From a virus (Duplodnaviria; Heunggongvirae; Uroviricota; Caudoviricetes), in IMG/VR virus record IMGVR_UViG_3300031418_000001: 64,000 nucleotides of DNA. One strand, 5' to 3'. A model generated the notes under the pieces. That model was given only the letters and a program-made list of their open reading frames with translations, ran no database searches and was not told the DNA's origin. Shown here one piece after another: positions 19,014 to 31,800 of the stretch (position 1 is the first letter of the stretch; the number at the start of each line of letters is the position of its first letter). The translations under genes were made by a program, and so were the position numbers.

Positions 19014-20120
19014 ATGGATTATGTAATTAAACGTAGTAATGGTAAAATCTACGCAACTGTTGCGAGTAATACAATATTAGGCCCAAATGTACCTAATAGT
19101 AATCCAGTACCTCTGAACCTAATTGGTAAAAACAAAGTATCTTACGGTCAAGCAATAAATGAAAACGCATTGTGGCTTGCTGAAAACTTTGCTGGCCCAA
19201 CTGCACCACGTGGTGCAGTACCAGGGCAAATATGGTACAATTACACAAGTGGTACTGGTCAGTTACTAATAGCTTTAGAAGATGGTGCACCACAACCAGT
19301 TAATTCAGACCCAAGTACTGAAGCTAAATGGGCGAGTATTCCAATGATCTCATTGCAGAATACAGTTCCTGAAGCTGAAACTTCTATAATGGGACGCATG
19401 GTACTTACCAATTCTGGTGATACCTTAATGGTACTGATGAAAAATAAAGAATGGCGTGAAATTCAAACATCAAGACCTAAAAATAAACAATATGAAACTT
19501 TACTTGATATTAATTATGATACTGGTAAAAAATATATTGCGTTTACACAAGGTAACTCATCTAAACCAATCGCTTTTTTCAACGATGGTGGTGGTATTAC
19601 TACTGATGCAGCAGGTTTCACTGTTTTACAAGATGGTAATGGAACTTTAAGATTTGGTTCAAACTATTTTTATGAATTAAAAATAATGGCCCGTGTGGTT
19701 AATGATAGTAATGGACAGGTTATTTCTGTACCAAGTGCATACAAGACTTGGATGGTTACTGGTTCATTCTATATTGATAATGAAGGTGCATTTACGCCGG
19801 GAACCACAACTGCTGTACAGATTCCTGATCCTCGTAAGATTGCCGGATTGACACAGATTGTTGATACATATGATCAGTTGGGAAGTACTGCTAACTGGAA
19901 TATAAGTGTTGATATTAATGGTGTGGATACTTCACTACCAAATCAAAGCGGAACTACTGAGACAGACTATAATGCATTTATCAATGAATCACTGAATAGT
20001 AATAAACATTTAGGATTTAAGATAACTGGTGCTATTAGTGGTCTTACAACGGGAGAAACAGTGCTAACACAATGGTCAGCACTGTTGAAAATTACTGGTA
20101 TTCCACCAGTTGGGGTTTAA
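19014..20120 (+). CDS. Probable virion structural (baseplate/fibre attachment) protein
   Basis: LIGKN...YGQAINENALWLAENFA...P...PGQIWY motif. Confidence 0.65.
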   Translation: MDYVIKRSNGKIYATVASNTILGPNVPNSNPVPLNLIGKNKVSYGQAINENALWLAENFAGPTAPRGAVPGQIWYNYTSGTGQLLIALEDGAPQPVNSDPSTEAKWASIPMISLQNTVPEAETSIMGRMVLTNSGDTLMVLMKNKEWREIQTSRPKNKQYETLLDINYDTGKKYIAFTQGNSSKPIAFFNDGGGITTDAAGFTVLQDGNGTLRFGSNYFYELKIMARVVNDSNGQVISVPSAYKTWMVTGSFYIDNEGAFTPGTTTAVQIPDPRKIAGLTQIVDTYDQLGSTANWNISVDINGVDTSLPNQSGTTETDYNAFINESLNSNKHLGFKITGAISGLTTGETVLTQWSALLKITGIPPVGV

Positions 20121-20588
20121 TTAGTAAGGATATGGCAGACTGTTTACGAATGGTCTGCCATTTTTTATGGAATTCCATAATGAATTAAAGTCCTGTACAA
20201 TATTTTCATTATATAGAGTACTTTTAGCACCTGGATGTAGTGGTTTAGGCCAATTTCCAATCTTTACCCACGAGTAACCAGAACTTTCGGAATTAAGAAC
20301 AGGTATAAATTCATCCTGCACGATAATTACGAATGAATAGTACTTAAACTTTTCATTTTTAGTGCTGAATACATCAAATGGTATAATATCTTCAATATCT
20401 GGTACACTATTACCAAGTTCCTCTTTTATTTCTCTAAACAATGCTTGTACAGGAGATTCATTTCTTTCTACTTTACCACCAACGAAACCCCAATAGTTTG
20501 AGTAAGTAACAGAATCTGAACGTAAATTAAGCATCATTCTTCCAGTACTTTTAGATAAAAATATTGCACCTACAGCTTCGTTGGACAT
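20121..20588 (-). CDS. NUDIX hydrolase
   Basis: Nudix box GGKVERNESPVQALFREIKEELG. Confidence 0.92.
   Translation of the reverse strand: MSNEAVGAIFLSKSTGRMMLNLRSDSVTYSNYWGFVGGKVERNESPVQALFREIKEELGNSVPDIEDIIPFDVFSTKNEKFKYYSFVIIVQDEFIPVLNSESSGYSWVKIGNWPKPLHPGAKSTLYNENIVQDFNSLWNSIKNGRPFVNSLPYPY
20133..20167 (+). terminator. Terminator for the plus-strand operon, embedded in the NUDIX 3' end
   Basis: TGGCAGAC...GTCTGCCA followed by T7. Confidence 0.65.
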
Positions 20589-20601
20589 GATAAACTCCTT
20601 T

Positions 20602-21933
20602 TTATTCTGAGAACGAAATTCTCCAGTAACCAGGACGGTACTTGCTTAAGATAGTACGAATCCATCCAAATTCTGGATCAAGTTTGTAATATAATTGGTC
20701 TTGTTCGTTATATATGATATTATTTACGTCTGATAACTGATGAACAGTCCATACATTCTGACTTTTCATTATAATGTCATTAGTTTTAATATGTACTCCA
20801 TCAATAACAATAGTTTTAGTACCCAAATAACAATAGTATTCGTCATCCACTGCTTTAACGAAGTCTGAGTCATCACCATAGAACCCTTTAATAGTATATT
20901 CAACGGTGTAACCAGAGTTATCAACCTGAACATATAACTTATTTCGAGTTTCACCAGTACCAATAGTACTAACAGTACCTTTTATATAGCTACCATTCTC
21001 GATTGCCGATTGGAACTTAAGGGAAAGGGTTTTTTCTTTGTATTGTGGGTCAAGATAATCAAGATATTGTTTCCAATTAAAAATTTTACCATTATCATTA
21101 GCAACTGCACCATACTCATTAAGTAATGTCACCTCATACATTTCAGTACTGCTACCAGTGTCTATTTTATCAACTGCAATACTGAAATTTTTAGGTGTAA
21201 AAACAACTGATGTAATATCATGTTGATCAAACATAATATCTTGTTCATCATTTACTGTCTGAATATTCTGTACAATTTGTTGAATGAGTACTGCACGTTT
21301 ATCAATTGCAGGCAGACTTAAGTAAACTTCTGTTTTAAACGACATTTTAGCAATATCAAGATCAGTTTCAGTACCTTGTGGAACTGCACGGGTACTAAAT
21401 TCAGTATTGGTTAGTTCTACGTTACTCAAAGAAGTCCAATCCAGCGGGTTAGTGCTCAATTGTAGCTGGATAGCTGGATTGAATATACAACCAATCTGTT
21501 CAATCAATTCCATCTTACTTTGTAAGGTGGTAGTCCAGATATTCAGGTCAAATTCAAGTGTCCAAGGTACAGGGTTAAATCGAGTTACGTGATGTATCTT
21601 TTCTAATTCATTACTGTAAGTACCATCTTGATTCTGACGGTTCTTTCCAACGATAGTATCTATTGCTGTTGGAGAATATATTGCCTGACGATTCATATTG
21701 AATGATTTAACACTAATCGTCATGAATGGAGCACTATTCAAAATGTTTTCAGAGTTTTGTGCAAGTTGGTACTGTGCCTGCCGACTAATGTCGGCATAAA
21801 GGCATGGTACTTTTCTATATTTTTGGTTATTGTCATCATCGACTCCATTTTGTACTTGGAATTCACCAAAAATTCTGATAAGGTGTTTTAATACGCGACC
21901 AAACTGGTCATCATAAAAGTATTCAAGTTTCAT
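20602..21933 (-). CDS. Tail completion / sheath terminator protein (T4 gp15-like)
   Basis: YFYDDQF...FGEFQV...VPCLYAD...PVPWTLEFDLNIWTT...ELIEQI...FNP. Confidence 0.7.
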   Translation of the reverse strand: MKLEYFYDDQFGRVLKHLIRIFGEFQVQNGVDDDNNQKYRKVPCLYADISRQAQYQLAQNSENILNSAPFMTISVKSFNMNRQAIYSPTAIDTIVGKNRQNQDGTYSNELEKIHHVTRFNPVPWTLEFDLNIWTTTLQSKMELIEQIGCIFNPAIQLQLSTNPLDWTSLSNVELTNTEFSTRAVPQGTETDLDIAKMSFKTEVYLSLPAIDKRAVLIQQIVQNIQTVNDEQDIMFDQHDITSVVFTPKNFSIAVDKIDTGSSTEMYEVTLLNEYGAVANDNGKIFNWKQYLDYLDPQYKEKTLSLKFQSAIENGSYIKGTVSTIGTGETRNKLYVQVDNSGYTVEYTIKGFYGDDSDFVKAVDDEYYCYLGTKTIVIDGVHIKTNDIIMKSQNVWTVHQLSDVNNIIYNEQDQLYYKLDPEFGWIRTILSKYRPGYWRISFSE

Positions 21934-21944
21934 ATTGACCTCTT

Positions 21945-23411
21945 TTATTGTTTTATGTTAGGCTTAACAACATCATGAACGGATACTCTGTCCTTGCTGT
22001 TGAGGAACGTAGCTTGTGCTTGATCAGCACCGACCCAAGGTAATCTTCCACCATAAGGGAATAGTGTCCACTTCTTGTTTTCTTCACTATATTGCCAAAT
22101 TTGTGCAGGAGTGAAGTCAGTACGGTAGAAGTACATTCCATCTTGTGGCTCAGTTGGGAATTCAGTACCTTCAGGTATAGTTCCTCTCTGTGGTGGTATT
22201 GCACCACGAACATCATCATGTGTCGTTCTGTTAACAGCTATATGCTTAGATGTAAATGGCTTAGGTAACATTGATTCATCAACTTCTTCCCATTCTTTTC
22301 CATTGTATGTATATACAACTGGTTCTTGGTAAGAGTAGTAAAAGTCAGTAGCATTAGATGGTACTGTACCGTTATTTGTACCAGGTAAAGTACATTCATA
22401 CCATTTTTTATCATTAGCATCGTACTGGAAAAGAATATAATAATCTTCAATATTAGTACTTGCACTTTTGAAATAGAAATCAGCATCATTAGGTTTTACA
22501 GGGAATCTACTACCAAATTTACTTGGTACTACTACCCAACCTTGCTCATCTTTTTCATATAATACAGGTTCTGATTGTAATTTGAAGTACTGACCAGATT
22601 TAGGTTTTTTAGGGAAAGTGAAATTCATCGGTATGTCTTCATTATATCCAAGACCTACTGTGTCGTTATAGATGTGCTCATTATCCCAATGCATATACGG
22701 TACTTCTGTATCAGCTTGTTTAATGATTGCATTCATAATTTCCAATTCTTTATCTCCTACTGCTACTGAACCAGTACTGTTATCTGGATTAGTATCATTA
22801 GGATCAGTACTATCACTTGGATATTGTTGTTTTATCTTATCTACTATATCTGAAAACTCAGGTGAATCTGTAAGAGGTTTTACACGGAGTTTCCAAATAT
22901 GGTGGTTCCATGTTTGTGAGTAACCTTCAGCAGCTTTAAATGAGTCCTGAACAACATACCATTTGTTGATTGAAAGGTTAGAACCATAAACATCAGTATC
23001 ACGAAGGTTTGGAAGTTCAAGTACATCACCAGGTATAATCTTTCTGCCTACATACTGCATCATAGTATTGTAATGTACAGTAATGTCCATAGTATTAAAG
23101 TTAAAGAACAAACCAGGAAGTTTTAAGTCAGGAGTAGCTTCTTGAATCTGATATACTACTGGAAGTACTATAGCTTCAGGGTTGTATTTTCTGTTAATAG
23201 TTTCACCAAAAACAAGATTTCCAATAGAAAGTAATGATTGGTTTGTTGTTAGATCGGGTTTAGTTAAATCTGTACTTCCGGCATTACCAGTAGCACCTTG
23301 AAAAGTGTAAAGGAACATATCAACACCACCGACAACATATTGTTCAGCAATGATTCTATCTAATAGAGCATAGTCTTTAGATTTATTAGGTTTCCACATT
23401 CTATATGACAT
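21945..23411 (-). CDS. Neck / head completion protein (T4 gp14-like) with C-terminal extension
   Basis: GGVDMFLY...VFGETINRKY...GDVLELP...YVVQD pattern; adjacent to the gp15-like gene. Confidence 0.6.
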   Translation of the reverse strand: MSYRMWKPNKSKDYALLDRIIAEQYVVGGVDMFLYTFQGATGNAGSTDLTKPDLTTNQSLLSIGNLVFGETINRKYNPEAIVLPVVYQIQEATPDLKLPGLFFNFNTMDITVHYNTMMQYVGRKIIPGDVLELPNLRDTDVYGSNLSINKWYVVQDSFKAAEGYSQTWNHHIWKLRVKPLTDSPEFSDIVDKIKQQYPSDSTDPNDTNPDNSTGSVAVGDKELEIMNAIIKQADTEVPYMHWDNEHIYNDTVGLGYNEDIPMNFTFPKKPKSGQYFKLQSEPVLYEKDEQGWVVVPSKFGSRFPVKPNDADFYFKSASTNIEDYYILFQYDANDKKWYECTLPGTNNGTVPSNATDFYYSYQEPVVYTYNGKEWEEVDESMLPKPFTSKHIAVNRTTHDDVRGAIPPQRGTIPEGTEFPTEPQDGMYFYRTDFTPAQIWQYSEENKKWTLFPYGGRLPWVGADQAQATFLNSKDRVSVHDVVKPNIKQ

Positions 23412-23448
23412 AATTCTTCTCCTTATGTATCATGGAAGTATTTATTTG

Positions 23449-23477
23449 TGAAACGATGAATCGTTATGGGCTATACT
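23449..23477 (+). promoter_or_regulatory. Putative early/middle promoter TGAAAC-N17-TATACT (clpA)
   Basis: Motif match, back-to-back with minus-strand TAAATA at 23439-23444. Confidence 0.7.
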
Positions 23478-23515
23478 ATAAATGTTGCGAGACAGATTTT
23501 TTAACAGGAGCTAAA

Positions 23516-25810
23516 ATGAGCGTTACTATCGAAACACTGATTCAAGAAAGCCGTGATCTGGCGAAAAAACTATCTCATAAGATGGTGACGATTGATCACC
23601 TCGCTTATGTTACATTACAAGTGAAAAGTATTCGTGAGTTTTTTGAATCACAATCTTATGAAGTACCAACAATCGAAAAACGTATTCTGAATGGGTTAAA
23701 TTCAATTACAGTACCTGCTATTGCTACTGATACTGAATCTATTAACATTCACAATGTACTGGTAGATATTAAGAAAGAAGCTATTATTCAACAACTGAAA
23801 GATAATGATGTTTCCGTTGAACCATTCTTTATCCTTCTGGAATGTTTATCTTTTAGCGAAACGATCTTCAGTAAAGTACTTGAATCTGTTGATACCAGTG
23901 CTGCACAAGTTGCAACTGAATTGAATACCTATATGAATGAACGTGATTTCAACATGGATTCTAAAAGTATCCAAGAAGAAATGAACGAAGAACAGGAATC
24001 AAGTATCAGTCGTGGACGTTCTGCTAAATCAGCGGTTGATGAATATACTACTGACCTTACACAAGAAGCACGTGATGGCAAATTAGATCCTCTGATTGGT
24101 CGTGCGGTAGAACTTCTTGATATGGTTCAAGTACTTTCCCGTAAAACCAAAAAGAACGTTACTTTGGTTGGTGACGCGGGTGTAGGTAAGACGCAGGTAG
24201 TTAATGGGTTTGCACATATGATCGTTCAGGGCAATGTACCTGATAATCTCAAAGATGTTCGCCTACTTAGTCTGAACATGGCATCATTACTTGCTGGTAC
24301 GAAGTTCCGTGGTGATTTTGAGGGTCGTATTGATCGTCTGATTAAAGAAATCAAAGAAAACCCGAACTATATTCTTTTCATTGATGAAATTCATACAATG
24401 ATGGGTGCAGGATCATCGGGTGGCGGTGGTACTGATATGAGCAATATGCTTAAACCAGCACTATCTAAAGGTGATATTCGTGTTATCGGTGCGACTACTT
24501 ATGATGAATATCGTAAGCACTTTGAGAAAGACCCAGCACTATCACGTCGATTCATGAAACTTGATATTCTGGAACCTACTCTTGATGAAACCCGTCAGAT
24601 TATTACTGGTCTGAAGAAAACATTTGAGAAGTTCCACGGGGCGAAATATCCACGTGCTACTATTGAAGCAGTACTTGAACTTTCATCAAAGTACATCAAA
24701 AACAAGAAGTTTCCAGATAAAGCAATTGATCTAATTGATGCCGCTGGTGCTCGTAATAAAGTACGTGATGTACCGAATGGAAGTATTACTCGTTCTGATA
24801 TTGAATACGAAGTTTCCCGTATTGCTAACTTATCTCTTGAGATTGTTGCATGTCAGGAATCTGAACGTATGAAGAATCTGGAAAGTAATCTTCATAAATC
24901 AGTATATGGTCAGGATCAAGCTATTCACACACTGGTTAAGAACGTTCTGGTAGCTCGTGCTGGTCTGCGTGATAAATCAAGTATTCAGGGTGCATTTCTG
25001 TTTGTAGGCCCGTCTGGTACTGGTAAAACTGAAATCAGTAAGGCATTATCCAATTCGTTAGGTCTTGAACTTATTCGTTTTGATATGTCCGAATATGCAC
25101 AGGAACATACTGTTGCTAAACTGATCGGTGCACCTCCTGGATATGTAGGTCATGATGCCGGTAATGGAGCACTGTTAGACCGTGTGGAACAGTTCCCGAA
25201 TAGTGTACTTCTGCTCGATGAGATTGAGAAAGCTCATCCTAAAGTACTACAGACGCTTCTATCACTACTTGATGAAGGTCGCTTAACTGGTTCTCATGGG
25301 AAGACAGTTTATTTTAATAACGTAACTGTTATTATGACTTCTAACTTGGGTGCTCGTAATGCTGATGTTCGTGCAGTAGGTTTTGGTGGCAAAGGCGGCA
25401 AAGATGGTATTGATTCTGCGGTACGTGAAAAACTCGCACCAGAATTCATTAACCGTCTGGATGCTATCGTTAAGTTTAACGAATTGAGTACTGAAGCAAT
25501 CGAAAATATCGTTGATAAATTCATTGATATTATCAACGAAGATAACAAAGATCGCAAGGTCAAAGTTATTCTCGATACTGCTGCTAAATCATGGTTAGCT
25601 GAACATGGTGTTGAAAAAGGTATGGGTGCACGTCCAATGAAACGTGTAATCAATGAACATATCAAAGTACCATTGGCACAAGAAATTCTGTTTGGTTATC
25701 TGGTAAATGGTGGTAAAGCTAAATTTACTGTTAAAGATAACAAATTGGTTCTTGTTATGCCAAAAGCAAAAGTAGAAGCTAAACCAGAAGAAGAAGTAGA
25801 AGAAGAGTAA
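23516..25810 (+). CDS. clpA: ClpA-like Hsp100 AAA+ chaperone
   Basis: N-domain, Walker A1 GDAGVGKT, Walker B1 LFIDEIH, Walker A2 GPSGTGKT, RFDMSEY, LLLDEIEKAH and VGF loop. There is no ClpB M-domain. Start ATG23516 follows AGGAG. Confidence 0.92.
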   Translation: MSVTIETLIQESRDLAKKLSHKMVTIDHLAYVTLQVKSIREFFESQSYEVPTIEKRILNGLNSITVPAIATDTESINIHNVLVDIKKEAIIQQLKDNDVSVEPFFILLECLSFSETIFSKVLESVDTSAAQVATELNTYMNERDFNMDSKSIQEEMNEEQESSISRGRSAKSAVDEYTTDLTQEARDGKLDPLIGRAVELLDMVQVLSRKTKKNVTLVGDAGVGKTQVVNGFAHMIVQGNVPDNLKDVRLLSLNMASLLAGTKFRGDFEGRIDRLIKEIKENPNYILFIDEIHTMMGAGSSGGGGTDMSNMLKPALSKGDIRVIGATTYDEYRKHFEKDPALSRRFMKLDILEPTLDETRQIITGLKKTFEKFHGAKYPRATIEAVLELSSKYIKNKKFPDKAIDLIDAAGARNKVRDVPNGSITRSDIEYEVSRIANLSLEIVACQESERMKNLESNLHKSVYGQDQAIHTLVKNVLVARAGLRDKSSIQGAFLFVGPSGTGKTEISKALSNSLGLELIRFDMSEYAQEHTVAKLIGAPPGYVGHDAGNGALLDRVEQFPNSVLLLDEIEKAHPKVLQTLLSLLDEGRLTGSHGKTVYFNNVTVIMTSNLGARNADVRAVGFGGKGGKDGIDSAVREKLAPEFINRLDAIVKFNELSTEAIENIVDKFIDIINEDNKDRKVKVILDTAAKSWLAEHGVEKGMGARPMKRVINEHIKVPLAQEILFGYLVNGGKAKFTVKDNKLVLVMPKAKVEAKPEEEVEEE

Positions 25811-25812
25811 TG

Positions 25813-25841
25813 AAAAAGGGAGCCATAGGCTCCCTTTTTTT
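25813..25841. terminator. Bidirectional terminator
   Basis: A5-GGGAGCC-ata-GGCTCCC-T7. Confidence 0.9.
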
Positions 25842-28800
25842 ATTTTTGTTTCAGTAAAGTACCAATATCGGTAGAAACTGGTAAACCTGTGCTGAAGTAG
25901 GTATTTGGTATAACATCATATCCATCAGAATAATATTCAAGATCTTCCTGTTTACCGAAGTTGAGTGAAAGTACAGTACTACCTGAAGTTTTATCGTAAT
26001 ATTTTTCAACAGTACGTAAAGCACCTCTTAGTAGATAACCATTTCTGGCTTTCGCAATCTCTGCATTAATTCCGTAAAGAACATTATCAGAAACATTTGA
26101 ACTTTCAACCTTATCACCATTGATTAAGATGTTAATTACTTCCGTTGGTTTAGTAACGTAAGTTTTATCTAAATCTTTAATCATAACAGAAAGTGAAGCA
26201 CCTACAGAATCAATGTAAATCCCATCTTTGACAGTCTTAGAGTAGTTCCATTTTTGAGTACTTGCACTATAAGTTGGTTTAATGTCGGAAGTCTTATATT
26301 CATAAACAAAAATCTGTAAAGAATCAGTATTAACAACACGAACTAACTCACTTAAAGCACCCTTCGCATAAATTGGCATATAGAAACCATGATCGACTTC
26401 TGAACCATCTTCTGCTGTAACTACTTCGTTGGAAATATACCACATGTCGTACTCATCTTCTTTATATTCATAAGAATCAATCGTTCTATCATAATAAACA
26501 TCATAATCAAGAACAGTTAAAGAGTATTTTCTAACATTTGAATATTTCTTCTGAGAACCATCAAATGATACATCATTGAAGTTGGTAATTCTAACTACAC
26601 TTAATGCAGTACCGTAAGAAGAACGAATAAATGAACTGGTATTATCTGAACTAAATGTTGCATCAAAGGTTAAACCATCAATTGTAACATTATCATCAGA
26701 AACAGAACTAACTTTGAAAATCTTAGGTCTGTTACCATCTTTTACTGTTGCACTTGATAGGATCTGAACTTCTGAACCATCAAGTTGTTTCTCAAAGTAA
26801 TCATTAAACTCTGCACCAGAGATAATTACATTATCACCAACCTGTAGAGAATGACCAGGAATATTAACTACACCAGAAGTACTTACAACTTCTTTAATCT
26901 TGTTAAAGTACTTGATTTCTTTTCTGTTGAAGTTAGTTTTATCAAGGTATTCCATCGCTTCTTCATATCTTGGTATACTAACATATACTTCTTTAAGATT
27001 ATACGGGTTCTGTACAACTAACCCTTCAATCTGATACGTTCCGAAATCCTTAAGAGCAAGATTGCCAGAAGTATCAAAGTTATAACCGTCTACAGTAAAC
27101 TTAATTTGAGAAATGTCACGTCCATCAGGATTAATTTCAGAAATATCAAAGAATACTGGATCATCTGAGCCAACAACACCATTTGCAGAATAAGTTAATG
27201 TTTTGTACTGAGATTCTAATGCTAAGTTATCAAAAGAATTCATGTCATCAACAAAGTCTTCACCTTCTGTATTAGTCAGTACTGAAAGTAGCTCACTATA
27301 TAGAGGATTGTTAGTATCATGTGGTAGATCATCAAGGCTAACGTGATTCATTTCCCACACTTCATTACCAGAGATTAGTTGTTGTTCCATGAACTCATCT
27401 AATCCAGTATCAGCAGGAATTGTATAATTAACGTTAGTACCTACTTTACTCACCTGAATGTATTTTCTTGGAACAAGTACCATACAATATGAATCAAGTG
27501 TCGGTGCGTCTAAAATCTCTTTAGCACGGTCATATGGGTCAGTTTCTGATAATACATAGTTGTTTAGCATTGCTGCAAGAACAAGATATGTATCAGAGTA
27601 GAATTTACCATTTTCAGCAATATCTACAGACCAAGGATATAAGCCGTATTCATAAATCAGATATTCATTAATCTGTTCTTCGGTAAATGAAGGGTTTTCT
27701 TCCTGTACCTTGTCTTTATACCAGAAATAAACATCCTGAGATTTTAAAATATAACCTTTATTAGTATCACTTTCAGCACTATAACCGAATGGAAGTCTTG
27801 AATTAGGGTTATCATTTAAGATTAAACCTTTAAACGGACAATTCACATCATATGAAATAGTACTATCAGTTTTATTAGTATATAATTTCAATCTGTTTGC
27901 TAATGTGTTATATTGTGAGTACTTAATAGTATTCTGAATGTTTTCATCAGTACTGAATACATTTTTCATTACTGATTCAACATCAGCAGTGAATTTAACA
28001 GTCTGTTCAAAATCATCCTTGATAGTTATGTAGTAATCATTAATCGCCTTTGGATAACCTGCTGAGGTGTTCAGTGGGTATCCCATATTTGACAGATTAT
28101 AAACAACATTAACACCTAAATTATCAACATTGTAAACCGGAGTACTGAATTTAAATCTTTGAAGTTTATAGTGCTCACCGTAACCCAAGCGATCCTGACT
28201 TTGTGATTTAAATTTGTTATCTACTTTTTCCATCTCAACAATTGTACCTAAATTAGATTCAGGAGTACAATTAACGTTATCGAAAACAAGTACTTCAGTA
28301 CTTTCCTGGAATGGACGTTGTGGATATTCAAAATCAGTTGGAAGTTCACCAACAATCTTATAAGCACCTTCGATTTCATCCCATTCCGCATATTGATAAT
28401 CCCACACATCCGGTTCAGATTTAACCCAACTACCATTTGAATAGATATATCCATTTGGCCCTAAATCATTATACAAACCGTTTACTTCATCAGTATCAGA
28501 TGTTTTCTGTTCAATCTGAGAACGAATCTTAGTTCTATATGGTTTTACTTCTTCAAAGTAAGTAACAATCTGACCAATAAGGTCGTCTTGCTGTAGATAG
28601 CTTCTCTGTAATGGTTGTTCTAATCCAACTACATAAATGTAAGATGTTTTGAATACCCAATCAACAACAGTTTGTTCTACATGAACGTACTTAACCATAT
28701 CGAACACTAATCTACTTTGAACAGTGTCAAATGTTGATTTAAGTAGCTTAATTGCACTACGAGCATTCGTTTCAAGTTGTGTAGCTTTACCGGATTCATC

Positions 28801-31800
28801 ATACTGAGAATATCCGTTATAAATCTTATCATTCAGTTTAATAGTACTGTTCTGGCGTCCTACTGGTTGCCACAATACCACATCACGAGAATAAGTTTTA
28901 ACGTACAGTGTCCAGATGCCGTCAGAACCAGTAATTTTAATACAATCACCTTCCTGATAGTTTTTACGGTTAGCTTCATCAATACTAACTTCAACTGTAT
29001 ATTCAGTATTTTCGTTATAACCAAGTGAGTACCAGTCAGTTAATGTCCAGTACTGAGTCATATCTAAATCAGTACCAAGTGCAGAAATATAATCAGACTG
29101 TTTAATAATGTGATGCTTTCCAAGACCAATATCAGTAAGTGTAATAGTGATAGCAGAACCATTAGAACTCGGAGAACGCATTAATTTAATGTATCCTTCA
29201 TCCGTGATGTGAACAAAATACACATCAGTTTGTAATAATGGATTTGGTAGAGTACCAGTACTTCCAACAATTACAGAATCATTCTCAGTAAAGATACGGT
29301 TAGCTACGCTAAGAACGTATTCGTTATTATAACGAATTACTTTAAATGTAACCTGATTTGGGTTTTCTTTTTCAGTCTTCACATTAAACACTGTATCCAT
29401 AAGGATAGTATTAGTTGTAACGTTAAGAGTTTTGAAGATATTATTTGCAGAAACAACGAATTCGCGGCGAGCCTCAACAACATCCTTAAACCATGTTTTA
29501 TTAGAATCATCACCTAATAAAGTTTTTGGATATTGCAATTCATTGATAGTACCATCTGCAAGTTCTTCTTCACAAGTTAATGAATTAAACAGAGAGTTCC
29601 ACACATTAGGGTTGAAGTTATAGTCCAGACCTTCTTTACAAAGTTGGTACTGTTCGTGTTTAATAACTTCAGTTACATCATCCTGATATGTAATTGATAG
29701 AACACTTGTATCATCTGTTACTAATAGTTCGTTAGAACTAACGATGAATGATTTTTCATCAATTGGTGCAAACCAAGGCTGATTTAAATTAAGTGGATCA
29801 ATTAACGCATTAGTAATTTCATTAACAGGTTTATGTCTTGAATTAACTTTAGGTAAGAAGATTGGATTCTTAACCCAAAAATAATAAAACGTTTTGTACG
29901 ATGAAGTTGTTGCATCCCACTCATCAAACTGTGACCAATCAGCATCAACATTAACAGTACCACTTGGAACCCAAGCGTTAGGATCTTTGTTAAGTTTTTG
30001 CTGGCGGGTGCAGTATGCATCCCATTCAATCGGTGATTTTGGAGAGCGTACCCATTCGTACACATCAATTGATGCATCAGGAAGTAATTTACCCCAATTA
30101 GTACGTTTGTACTGTTTAGTAGCTTCCTCGTTCACTGTTCCATCATCGTTATAAATCGCTCTGGTGTACTCCAGGAAGAACGCATTAGTTGTGTCCCACC
30201 AAACCTCACCTACATGCTCAGAACCCCATGCGTTGCTTGTGGCGTCGTATACGTTGAAACTTGCAGGGTCTACTGAAGTAACGTACTTGATTTCACGCAT
30301 GATACTACCAGGGATTACACCGTTGATAGGGTCATAAACATTAAAAGTAACATCAGGAATATTATTGAGCATGTTGTAAGTACATGGACGGTCGAATAGT
30401 TTACTCTCTGGAGCATTGTATTCATACTTGTCAGCAACATATGCTTCTTTATCCTGATTAGTACTAAATTTAGACTTATAAATGTATAGTACAGGTTTGT
30501 TATCAGTGAAAGTAATGTCATTAACTAATTCCATTGGAATAATAAATGAATTGTCATTATCAGTACTGATATAGTACTCACGTTCATTCTGTAATACGTC
30601 TGGCATAAATCCTGAAACATCATTAAAGAAATAAATGTCTCCGTTTTTCATACCATGAGCACCAGATAAGGTGATAGTACAATGTGTATTTTGTTCTTGA
30701 ACTTCAGATTCATTAACGGTAATGCTTTCAATTGTTAAACCAGTATTAACGATATTGAATATGTTCCATTCAGCACTCTGGTCACGTAAAATCCATGCAG
30801 ATGCTGGTTGAGCATTATTCATATAATAGTAGTTTAATCTTACTGCATTTACTGTACTAAAATCTTTAGAGATAATATCTACTTCATTGGTAGTAACTGG
30901 CCCAATGTTTGGTAATGAAATATTTGAAGTACTTCCAGTACGCATAGGGAAACTAAACTTACCAGTTGGACGGGTAATCCAACGAGAATCAACTCCATTT
31001 TCACCAAAGTACTGAATAGTACTGTCGCTTGTATCAGATGTATTATTAGAGTCAAATACAAATAATTGTGGTTGCTGTTTAATTTCGTTATTAATTAACT
31101 GGAACTGTAGATGTTTCTTACCATTCACATTACCATAAGTACCAACTTTAAATGCCCATTCTTCAAGAGCTTTATAGTTTTCGGTATTATAAGTCTTAGA
31201 AACACGAAGTACTTTTTCAAATGCCTGACGTGTACCTTTTTCCTTAATATAACCTTTATAGAAATCAACCTGTGCGGTATCAGCAGTGATCATTTCACGT
31301 AGATATTCTCTACTCTGGAAGCCGATAAGGTGTCTTGATAAACTATTAAGTTCTGAATTATCAGAAGGGTTTTCGTTGTCATAATATTTGGTAAAATCGT
31401 TTGCAAGTTTTTCAAAGTTAGGTAGTGTGCCACTTTCAAGGATCATAAAACCAGGAGCTTCGAGACGACCATTCCATGATGCAGTGATATATCCATATAG
31501 TTTTAGCATTTCATGGATAGAACCATATACTGGCATATAAATGGAATCACCAAAAATAGTTTCATCATCAAAAATAATAGCATGTTCAAATGAAACAAGG
31601 TTCAGACGAATAAGTGCCATTTGTTTTGAATCATCATCCATACGAACAGTGAAAACATTACCGATTCTTGAAGTACTAATTTCGTTTGGACGAATACCAG
31701 TTCCTGCACTATCAAGAAGTGACCAAACACCACCACTATATTGAGTTACAGAAAGAACCGATCCGAACGTACTACCAAATTTAGCACTTGCAGTACTTGG

